Source: an uncultured delta proteobacterium
GTDB taxonomy: Bacteria > Desulfobacterota > BSN033 > UBA1163
Assembly (NCBI GenBank): GCA_963708295.1
Contig: CAVPSJ010000005.1
Span: 96,001-160,000 of the forward strand
DNA: 64,000 nt
Direction of reading: 5' to 3'
The position numbers and the translations under genes were made by a program. Below are positions 55,847-64,000 of this stretch, piece by piece (positions within the stretch are counted from its first letter, which is position 1; every line of letters begins with the position of its first letter). The notes beneath the pieces were generated by a model that did no database searches, was not told the origin of the DNA, and saw nothing but the letters and a program-made list of their open reading frames with translations.

Positions 55847-56285
55847 TTATAAAAGCTCCGGATGGTTTGAGCGAAGCCACTTCTCCACTTCGTCCCTTAG
55901 ATTTTTAGCCAGGGCAAACATCTCCTTTGCCTCTTGCTCGGATACCGCTCCCGCTCGTTCGTAGCTCCTAATGTTTCTCTTCTTTCGGAATTTATCTAAT
56001 TGAGGGATTAGAGCTTGGATCTGCTTTGATCGTGTAAGCAAGCGACTGGATCACCCGGTAGTGATGGGCGTCCCTCGCAGCCCGATAACCGGCAGCAGCC
56101 AGAGCTGCCGTTGCCGCTTGCAAGGCAGCGTTGTAGGCTATATTCAGTTGCCAGTCCGGACTGAGATGAGGCGTTCGGCATTGGGCCAGGTCACGATCCG
56201 CCATGCTTAGCAAGTCAGAAATCTCCTGGCGACTCGTTTGGTGCTCAATGAGCCAGCGGCTTTTTAGCCAGTCTTGCAAGCTCAC
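55847..56285 (-). CDS. HEPN-like protein (frameshift near 56010)
   Basis: IAYNAALQAA..AL..GYR..HH, then RKKRNIRSYE; overlaps the nucleotidyltransferase gene. Confidence 0.7.
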
Positions 56286-56924
56286 GTTTGTCTCCGATGA
56301 GGAATAACATGGGTTCTCTTAAGACAGTGTTGAGGAAATGGTGCCCTGCTGACACTTTTGATCGGAACTCCGCAGGAGGATAGACGGTTGGATTGATCTC
56401 CCGGTTAATGGTGCTCTGGGCCTCGGTGAAGGGCTGACACAATCTCGGCAAATGTCGCCTCACCCACGACCAAGAGGTCTACGTCGCTCCCTCTGTGTTC
56501 CTCGCTGCGAGCGATGGATCCATAGATAGCGGCAATGCGAATGCGATCGGCTAAAGGCGCCAGGGCAGCCTGTAACGATGCCTGCGATGCCAACCGTTTT
56601 CATCACCAGGGCCTTGAGTTCTGCAAATACAGGACACTGAGGATTTGCCTGGTAATAAACCTGCCGACCACGAACGATGCGCTGGATAATCCCGGCGTCT
56701 GAAAGCTGCTTTAATTCTCTCTGCACTGCACCCAGCCCGACTCCGGCGGCACGAACGATTTGGCGCAGATAAAAAGCATCGTCGACATGGCTGTAGAGTA
56801 AAGAGAGAACAGCCCGGCGGGTCTTACCAAACAGGGTCTTAGATAGGTTATCGCTGTCAGGCAATGTACTCATTGTGGGTACGATTGTACCTCTTTTAGG
56901 TACGATTTTCAAGGTTTTCCTCAT
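56245..56924 (-). CDS. HTH plus minimal nucleotidyltransferase (MNT) antitoxin-like protein, frameshifted
   Basis: LFGKTRRAVL/QRELKQL HTH; YGSIAR...SDVDLLVVG; REINPTVY. Confidence 0.8.
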
Positions 56925-57016
56925 CCACCCTTGCCGTTATTAAAAGCGTGGCCGTGACTCGTGCCACCTCTGGGCTGCCCTTGCATTTAAAAAAGAATGT
57001 GTCCAGGCACTCTTCA

Positions 57017-57196
57017 CTAATTCCCTTCACCCTTCAACTGTTCTGGCGTGCGTTCCTGTAACCACAGCTTGCAGATGTTTTTCCAACCGATGCGACGATA
57101 CTTTTTGAAAACTGCCTTCAACTCGTTCAGGTCCTTGGCTTCGTGAAGGTCCTTCTGGGCTGATTTCAAATCTTCAGGAGATGCAATCGCTGGCAT
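57017..57196 (-). CDS. Unannotated 59-aa protein, copy B
   Basis: MPAIASPEDLKSAQKDLHEAKDLNELKAVFKKYRRIGWKNICKLWLQERTPEQLKGEGN; 49/59 identical to copy A. Confidence 0.75.
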   Translation of the reverse strand: MPAIASPEDLKSAQKDLHEAKDLNELKAVFKKYRRIGWKNICKLWLQERTPEQLKGEGN

Positions 57197-57446
57197 GTTT
57201 TCTCAACCTCTCGCATAGCGCAGAGCGCATAGCGCATAGCGTAATTAAAATCGTGTCCCCCTCAACTGACTGGGGCCGAAGACGGAGTGTCCGTGGTAAA
57301 TAGATAACCCTGTCGAACTAAAAATATTATTACCCTCTTTCTTACCCTTTCTTAGAGGTCATACCCTTTCTTCGCCATGGGGCGCCAGCCGCAACTGGGT
57401 ATCAGGTCTACACTCTACACTACCGCCCACCTTTCAATTGAGTCTT

Positions 57447-58610
57447 TTATGAAAGGGCAGATAACAGCTTTTCTATCGACAATGCCTTTACGCCGGGGCG
57501 AAGCGCCGAGATGGACTCCTTTCCCTTCGAAGGCCGATAGATAAGAAATCGATCGACCTTATAATTGGATACCACTTTTGACAGACGACTAAGAGACTCC
57601 GCTGTCTCAGGCCAAACGGTCCGGGAGGCTTTGGCCTCAAGGAGGATAAGTTTATGGTCCCCCCCGGGAACCAAAAAATCCACCTCAAGGCCTTGCTGAT
57701 CCCTAAAATAATAGAGCTCTCTTGCTCTTCCCGAATTCATTTGTCGTTTGATGATTTCCGACGCAACGAATCCTTCAAAAATAGCCCCCAGAAACGTAGA
57801 GCGGTTCAACATCTTTTCAGACTCGATTCCCAGTAAGTGGCAAACAAGACCTGAATCGAAAAAATAGAGTTTTGGCGATTTGATAAGCCGTTTCCCAAAA
57901 TTTTCGTAGAAGGGAGGTACAAGAATGATTTGAGAGGTAATTTCAAGAATGTTCAACCATTCGGAAATCGTTGGTACCGTCACCCCGAGAGGAGCAGCTA
58001 AATCCGTGCGATTCAGGATTTGTCCACAGCGGCTCGCTAAGAGCGATAGAAAACGGCGAAATGTTGCCAGATCCCGTATGGAGCTGATGGCCCGAACATC
58101 TCTCTCCAAATAGGTCTGGATATATGACCGAAACCACGTCTGAGAGACCGAAGGATGAGCGAGGACTTCTGGGAATCCTCCACTCAAGAGAGAAACCTTG
58201 GGGGTCTCCAAAACAGAAAGTGTCAACAGATGAAACACAGCGGCTCGACCTGCCATCGATTCAGTGGCCCCTTTCATGAAGGGAGACTCCTGGGACCCCG
58301 TGAGCAACCATTGGCCCTTCTTATTCGGGAATCGGTCAATCTGAGTTCTTACATAGCTAAGGATTTCTGGAACATTCTGAATTTCGTCAAGAATGGCAGG
58401 AGGGCGAATTTCCTCAATAAAGGAATGAGGGTCTGCACGGAGGCGTGCAATGATGTCCGGATCTTCCAGCAAATAATACTGGGCTTTGGGGAAGAGCTTT
58501 CTGAGGAGGGTAGTTTTCCCTGCTCGTCGGGGACCTGTGAGAATCAGCCCCGAAAAATGTTTCGTAGCTAAAAGGAGTTCTGATTCAATCTGTCGGGGGA
58601 TGTATTTCAT
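57447..58610 (-). CDS. AAA_14 ATPase with a DUF4143 / PD-(D/E)xK-like C-terminus
   Basis: GPRRAGKT, LDEIQ, TGS, KSPKLYFFDSGL, EVDFL...EAK. Confidence 0.9.
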   Translation of the reverse strand: MKYIPRQIESELLLATKHFSGLILTGPRRAGKTTLLRKLFPKAQYYLLEDPDIIARLRADPHSFIEEIRPPAILDEIQNVPEILSYVRTQIDRFPNKKGQWLLTGSQESPFMKGATESMAGRAAVFHLLTLSVLETPKVSLLSGGFPEVLAHPSVSQTWFRSYIQTYLERDVRAISSIRDLATFRRFLSLLASRCGQILNRTDLAAPLGVTVPTISEWLNILEITSQIILVPPFYENFGKRLIKSPKLYFFDSGLVCHLLGIESEKMLNRSTFLGAIFEGFVASEIIKRQMNSGRARELYYFRDQQGLEVDFLVPGGDHKLILLEAKASRTVWPETAESLSRLSKVVSNYKVDRFLIYRPSKGKESISALRPGVKALSIEKLLSALS

Positions 58611-58813
58611 CTTGAGTATTTTAAACCGTTACTTTAAATGACTCAAACGAAAAGATAACCGGTTAAATCAACTCAGGAAGGCCTCTGGGACGTCGTTCAA
58701 CTGCAAAGGTGTCAGTCTTGAAATGTGAATTAGTATTCTAATCGCCTTCACCTTTCAATTGTTCTGGGATCCTTTCCCGCATTCTTTATTGTAAAGCGTA
58801 AGTCGTCGGTCGC

Positions 58814-58949
58814 AAAAAAAAAGCCCATTCTTTTTGGAGAATAGGCTGTACGCAATCCAGGATTTTTACGGAAAAGATGAGACAACTCCCACTCCTCTGT
58901 AAATCCCGCTAAGTTGCCTCACTATATCAGAAAAGCAACGCAATGACAA
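58814..58949 (-). ncRNA. Candidate small RNA or attenuator (promoter plus terminator, no ORF)
   Basis: TTGTCA-17-TATAGT (58949-58921); GCCTATTCT/AGAATGGGC stem plus U9 about 100 nt downstream. Confidence 0.4.
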
Positions 58950-59417
58950 TCACTCAACTTTTATTTTTCCGTCCTCCTGAACCCTCTGTTTAGCTTTTGA
59001 CTTGACACGGCTCAGCCTCCTGGTTGCTATGAGATATTCATCTTTTAAGGGTTTTCAACTCAGTTTGCTCGTTATTCATTTGTCACCCCCTTCTTTCTTG
59101 ACCCACCCGAACCCTCCGCATTGACTGCAAACTTTGGTTTCTTCATGCCCATCGGATGACTTACCCGTGCCCCTACAATATGGGCAACAGGTCATCTTGT
59201 ATTTCTCCGGATTAAAGCGACCGTAATGACCGATTTATCCTGAGCTTGTCGAAGGAGTCCTGCCCGGGGAGCCAGCAAACAAAAGGCCTTGCTTTATCCT
59301 GTAATTTTCTGTTCACTAATTATAGAAGAAGATGTATACTATAATTTCGAATGGATGATGGGATAGATTTTCCCTGTTCACCTTAGAACCCACATCTTAA
59401 ATCAGAAGGCCAAGATT

Positions 59418-59888
59418 ATGAAGGCAGTGAAGCATTTCGTCATGGGTGCTCTTCCCGTCCTCTGCGCCGCTCTTGTCGTTTTGGGTCATGTGGACGTGTA
59501 CGCAAATGATATGCTCGTTCCGGGCGAAGAGTTGAAAAGAGGAGACTCTCTCAAATCTGCCAACGGTCAATATAGACTCATCTTGCAACGGGATGGAAAT
59601 CTTGTTCTTTACGGTCCAAGAGACCGGCTGGTATGGGCAACGAATACGCAAGGTATCCCGGTCGTGAGATGCGTCATGCAGCCGGACGGCAACCTGGTGC
59701 TCTATATCCCCAACGACCAGTCGGTCTGGAATTCAGGTACACAGCAACGCCCAGGATCATTTTTATGGCTCCAGAATAACGGAAACTTGGTCATTTACCA
59801 GCCTGTTTGGGGTGTGGCCAATGAACAACAGCATCGCGGGGGAGATCACCGTGACCGAAGGGACCACGACAGGGAAGAAGACAAATAG
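59418..59888 (+). CDS. Secreted bulb-type (B) lectin domain protein
   Basis: Signal peptide; QRDGNLVLY, QPDGNLVLY and QNNGNLVIY (QxDxNxVxY-type motifs). Confidence 0.88.
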   Translation: MKAVKHFVMGALPVLCAALVVLGHVDVYANDMLVPGEELKRGDSLKSANGQYRLILQRDGNLVLYGPRDRLVWATNTQGIPVVRCVMQPDGNLVLYIPNDQSVWNSGTQQRPGSFLWLQNNGNLVIYQPVWGVANEQQHRGGDHRDRRDHDREEDK

Positions 59889-59992
59889 AGACGCTAGGAT
59901 CCACAATGAAATGAGTGGCGGTTGTCTTGCAACCGAAGACGGGTAGGTGCTGCAAAGTAGCATTTGCCCCCGGAAGGGAGGAGAGAATAGCG

Positions 59993-60550
59993 GTGGAAGT
60001 CAAGGGAACAGCGATCATCACCATCCCCCCCTTCATCAAGGAACGTTTTGGCGAGTCAGGATTAAAACAATGGACAGACACCCTGACGCCGGAGGCCCGT
60101 GAGGTTTATCCAGCCTCGGTCCTGGCGAGCTCCTGGTATCCCCTGAAAGAGTTCTTAATCCAACCGCTTCGCAGGATGTGCGACCTTTTTTACGCCGGAG
60201 ACCTGAAAGGTGCCCGGGAGTCGGGCCGATTCAGCGCCGATTACAGCCTCAAGGGAATATACAAGATATTCGTAAAGCTGGGTTCACCGGAGTTCATGCT
60301 GCGCCGGGCGGGCACCATCCTGCCGATCTATTACAATCCGAGCGAGATGAAGGTGGTGGAGTGCCGAAAAGGCCACGGCATCATGCAGATCACCAGGTTC
60401 CCGGATATGGATCACGTTCTGGAGATCCGCATCGCGGGCTGGATGGAACGCGCCATTGAGATCAGCGGAGGCAAACAGCCTCAGATAAAGATCACCCGGT
60501 CATTAACGACAGGAGACTCGCTGTCGGAGTTCCTCGCCACATGGAAGTAG
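59993..60550 (+). CDS. Conserved hypothetical protein (DUF2378-like)
   Basis: GGAGG upstream; VKGTAI start, SSWYP, GWMERAIE. Confidence 0.55.
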   Translation: MEVKGTAIITIPPFIKERFGESGLKQWTDTLTPEAREVYPASVLASSWYPLKEFLIQPLRRMCDLFYAGDLKGARESGRFSADYSLKGIYKIFVKLGSPEFMLRRAGTILPIYYNPSEMKVVECRKGHGIMQITRFPDMDHVLEIRIAGWMERAIEISGGKQPQIKITRSLTTGDSLSEFLATWK

Positions 60551-60576
60551 CCCCATGGCCTCGTTATCCGGAAAAC

Positions 60577-61344
60577 TCATGCGATCTCTCCACCATCCAC
60601 AACAATCGTATGCCCGGTAATATACGCGGATGCGTCAGAGGCCAGGAACAGAGCAGTCCCGACAAGATCAGACGTCTCAGCAAGTCTTCCAAGGGGTGTT
60701 GCAGCCTCCCGTTGAGTCCGAATATCGGGATCCATCCAATCGTTTCGGCTTAGATCTGTTTTAACAAGACCCGGGGCGATGGCATTCACCCGTATGCCAT
60801 CGTTTCCCAACTCCCGTGCCAATACACGGGCCAACATAACCACCCCGGCCTTGCTGACGCAGTAAACACCCATCCCCGAGGCCGCCTTGAACGCGTATTG
60901 AGAAGCGATGCAGACGATGACGCCCTTTTTTCGTTCAACCATCCCCTTTCCCACGGTCTGAGCGCAGAGATAGTAACCCTTGAGATTCACATTCATCACC
61001 CTATCCCATGCCTCGTCCGTCAATTCAAGAAGCGGGCCCGGAGCTGCGGTGCCGGCATTATTCAAAAGGATGTCAATCGTGCCAAATTCCCGCAACACCC
61101 GTCCGACCATTTTCTCTACATCACTTCTTTTGCTTGTATCGCCCTGGACCGCCAGAGAGCGCTTTCCCATTTTCTGAATTTCCTCGGCCACCCTCATGAG
61201 CTGGCCATCCTCTGTCGCAATATCGCAAACAGCGACATCCGCACCCGCCTGGGCAAAAGCCAAGGCAATCGCCTTTCCTATTCCTCGTCTGCCGCCGGTG
61301 ATCATCGCCACCTTCCCGGCCAAAGAATGATCAAGCGCATTCAT
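60577..61344 (-). CDS. SDR family oxidoreductase
   Basis: TGGRRGIG, NNAG, YCVSK, NAIAPG. Confidence 0.92.
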   Translation of the reverse strand: MNALDHSLAGKVAMITGGRRGIGKAIALAFAQAGADVAVCDIATEDGQLMRVAEEIQKMGKRSLAVQGDTSKRSDVEKMVGRVLREFGTIDILLNNAGTAAPGPLLELTDEAWDRVMNVNLKGYYLCAQTVGKGMVERKKGVIVCIASQYAFKAASGMGVYCVSKAGVVMLARVLARELGNDGIRVNAIAPGLVKTDLSRNDWMDPDIRTQREAATPLGRLAETSDLVGTALFLASDASAYITGHTIVVDGGEIA

Positions 61345-61359
61345 TTCCCGCCCTCCTAT

Positions 61360-61833
61360 TCACCCCTCCGGGGCCTCTTTTAGAATTTGGGTAAGCTCGT
61401 CAAGGAAGCCCGATTGCCCTTTTATTATTTTCTCCCTTGCGACCGGGATGGAGAACCAACCCGCTCGATCCACTTCCGGGAATTCCTGTTGTCTTTCGGA
61501 CCGCGGAGGCCATTCCATCAAGAAGGTATTACTCTTGATCGCTGAGGCATCGCCATCCCCCTCAAAAGCCCACGCGCTGATGATCTTGCCGCTCGGCTGC
61601 TTTCGGGGAGTCAGAGGGATGAATTCACCCGAGGCCTTAAAACTCGTCTCTTCCTGGAACTCGCGTTTGGCCGCCTCGAGCGGATCTTCCCCGGGCATAT
61701 ATTCTCCTTTGGGAATCGACCAGGAGCCCGCATCCTTCTTTTGCCAAAAGGGTCCACCCGGGTGAACCAGGAAAACTTCAAGGGCCCCGCGACGGCGTCG
61801 ATACATCAGCAATCCTGCACTCTTCTTAGGCAT
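61360..61833 (-). CDS. NUDIX hydrolase
   Basis: HPGGPFW, PKGE...AKREFQEET, FPEVDRAGWF. Confidence 0.88.
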   Translation of the reverse strand: MPKKSAGLLMYRRRRGALEVFLVHPGGPFWQKKDAGSWSIPKGEYMPGEDPLEAAKREFQEETSFKASGEFIPLTPRKQPSGKIISAWAFEGDGDASAIKSNTFLMEWPPRSERQQEFPEVDRAGWFSIPVAREKIIKGQSGFLDELTQILKEAPEG

Positions 61834-62104
61834 AGGAGCGGGTTTCTTAACTTAAAAATTAAGTCCTCCGGTCACCCTTATGGATCGACCACAAAGGGAA
61901 GCAAGGTATCCAGATATTCAGGATGCCCCCGCGTCGCGTGAACTCTCTTCCCCTTTCACCTATTCCTATACCATACCCGGCGGGTTTAAGGAAGATTGGA
62001 TAATCGTCGAGCGACGGGTGATAACCGGATGGTTGACCAGCCCGGAGCTTATGGTAAACTAGGTGAAGGGTACGAGACGGAGTGAGGGAGCGCCGGGAGA
62101 AACG

Positions 62105-63280
62105 ATGAAACAAAGCGCATCGACGCCTTTCGTCAAAACAATCATGACTGAATTTGCCCGCCTGACCGGTCTGTCACCCGCAAGCAGTGCACCGCGGCGC
62201 TACTTATGGACGGACGCATTTGCAGTCTGCAACTTCCTCGGCCTCTATCAAGAGACCGGGGACGAGGCGTTCAAGGGTCTGGCGCTGCAGCTCGTGGATC
62301 AGGTCCACCGCACACTGGGCCGCCACCGCGGAGACGACTCGCGGACCGGCTGGATCAGCGGCCTCGATGAGGAACAGGGGAGGAAACATCCTACCCGGGG
62401 CGGATTGAGAATAGGCAAACCGTTGCAGGAACGTGGACCCACCGATCCTTTCGACGAAAGTCTGGAATGGGACCGGGATGGGCAGTACTATCATTATCTG
62501 ACGAAGTGGATGCATGCCCTCAACCGCGTCAGCAGGGTCACCGGGGATATCCAGTACCATACGTGGGCGGTGGAGCTTGCGAAAACCGCCCATGCCGCAT
62601 TCGTCTACGCTTCCCGCCGGGGGGGTTCAAAAAAAATGTACTGGAAGATGAGCATCGACCTCTCCCGCTCTCTCGTGCCGTCCATGGGGCAACACGATCC
62701 TCTGGACGGATTCGTCACTTACAGCGAACTTCAGGCGACTGGAGCAAAAAAGGACGAAGAACTTAACGAAACGGATCTTCGCGCCGAGATTCTTGACATG
62801 GTTCCTATTTGTCAAGGAAGGAGCTGGGTCACCGAGGACCCGCTCGGCATCGGAGGCCTTCTGTTTGATGCCTTCAGAGTGGCCCAATTGATGGCCCGCG
62901 GAGATCTTGAACAGCCCGACCTGCTGGAGACTTTACTGGAGTCTTCTCTGATCGGCTTGGAATCCTTTGTGATGGAGAATTCTCTGAAGCTCCCCGCGGG
63001 TTACCGCCTTGCCTTTCGGGAATTGGGGCTGTCCATCGGACTGCGGGCCGTCGAAAAGATTCGAGGGCGGATTGAGCAAGAATCCACGCCTCTGAGGAAT
63101 AAAGAGTCGCTCCGTTCGCGGCTGGAGATCCTCGCCAGGTATGCAGGGCTGCGGGAAATCATCGAGAAGTTCTGGCTCGAGGGGGCGAACAGGGAAGCCG
63201 GCAGCTATGCAGCACATCATGACATCAATGAGGTGATGCTGGCAACAAGCCTGTCTCCGGATGGATTCTTAGAGCTCTAA
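62105..63280 (+). CDS. Conserved hypothetical protein (possible alpha/alpha-toroid fold)
   Basis: Long ORF with RYLWTDAFAV, DGQYYHYLTKW, GQHDPLDG and RLAFRELGL blocks. Confidence 0.65.
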   Translation: MKQSASTPFVKTIMTEFARLTGLSPASSAPRRYLWTDAFAVCNFLGLYQETGDEAFKGLALQLVDQVHRTLGRHRGDDSRTGWISGLDEEQGRKHPTRGGLRIGKPLQERGPTDPFDESLEWDRDGQYYHYLTKWMHALNRVSRVTGDIQYHTWAVELAKTAHAAFVYASRRGGSKKMYWKMSIDLSRSLVPSMGQHDPLDGFVTYSELQATGAKKDEELNETDLRAEILDMVPICQGRSWVTEDPLGIGGLLFDAFRVAQLMARGDLEQPDLLETLLESSLIGLESFVMENSLKLPAGYRLAFRELGLSIGLRAVEKIRGRIEQESTPLRNKESLRSRLEILARYAGLREIIEKFWLEGANREAGSYAAHHDINEVMLATSLSPDGFLEL

Positions 63281-63495
63281 ATCCCCCGGCGGCGAAGCGA
63301 GTCCTGTCTTACGGGCCGATTCTGTTTGACATCCGACCCCATTTTTCTTATATTCAATTCACCCGAAAGCAAATTCTTGCCAATAGTTCCAACACTTTTC
63401 AGGGGTAGTCGGTTCCACTGAAAGACCCAGAGTCTAATGCCCAAAATCAATCCCTTCGAAATTGGACCATCTCAGCTTCAAAAGAGGATAAGACC

Positions 63496-64000
63496 ATGTC
63501 AGAAGAAATATTTACCAATTGCACGGTGGGCGGCCCGATACTGGTCCATGTCAAGGATGGCAAAATCATACGTATCCGGCCTCTTGTCCTGAATGAAACG
63601 GATGCTCCTTCGTGGACCATCCGAGCCAGAGGGAAGCAGTTTACGCCACCGCGTAAAACGACCATTGCTCCATTTACTGTTGCTGAAAGGATGCGTGTCT
63701 ACTCTGAAAACAGGATCAAGTATCCCGATGAAGCGGATAGGCTTTGACCCCAAGGGAGACAGACATCCTGAAACCCGGGGTTCCGCAGGGTACGAACGGA
63801 TTTCTTGGGATCAAGCCTTAGATCTCGTTGCCGGCGAGATTCAAAGGATTCAACAGACCTACGGCAAAGAATCCATTACGGGAACACGATCATCCCATCA
63901 CAACTGGGGCAATCTTGGCTATCATTTTAGCGTCTACTTCAGATTCATGCATATGCTTGGTTTTACCTTCATAGAGAATAACCCTGACAGCTGGGAGGGA
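63496..64000 (+). CDS. DMSO-reductase-family molybdoenzyme, pyrogallol-transhydroxylase-like large subunit (3'-partial, frameshift near 63725)
   Basis: GGPILVHVKDGKIIRIRP, RIKYP, GYERISWDQAL, SSHHNWGNLGY. Confidence 0.75.

Larger units (their letters stand above)
40614..59275. mobile_element. tRNA-Asn-anchored genomic island
   Basis: 21-bp direct repeat GAGTCCTGCCCGGGGAGCCAG at 40614-40634 and 59255-59275; interior rich in TA genes, transposases and an intron. Confidence 0.65.

Noticed and set aside
40634-59255. Prophage
   Set aside because: No capsid, terminase, tail or phage integrase genes.

Overview
Bacterial chromosomal window. Gene content suggests an anaerobic Desulfobacterota/deltaproteobacterial-type genome (inference). 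Many conserved genes carry single-base frameshifts (lhr, gdhA, ilvB, pssA, rhlE-like, dctQ), which points to an incompletely polished long-read assembly. The backbone comprises a TRAP transporter, a menA-like prenyltransferase, Lhr helicase, gdhA, a sigma54 ZraPSR-like locus, rpsB-tsf-pyrH-frr-fdx-uppS-cdsA-dxr-rseP-tsaB, ilvBN-psd-pssA and tRNA-Asn. The main accessory features are: (1) a 2.1-kb element with only two tyrosine recombinases, 12-bp terminal inverted repeats and a 7-bp flanking direct repeat (4078-6185); (2) an 18.6-kb island with no integrase, bounded by a 21-bp duplication of the tRNA-Asn 3' end (40614-59275), containing a GIY-YIG nuclease next to tRNA fragments, several toxin-antitoxin modules, two RAYT/Y1 HUH transposase copies joined by 20-bp inverted ends, an RT-deleted group II intron, an orphan mreB, a CpxRAP-like module, and a repeated unannotated 59-aa gene interspersed with defence-like cargo; (3) many small palindromic/MITE-like insertions, one in frame inside dctQ and one nested in a REP hairpin. 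No CRISPR array, rRNA or prophage structural genes were seen.
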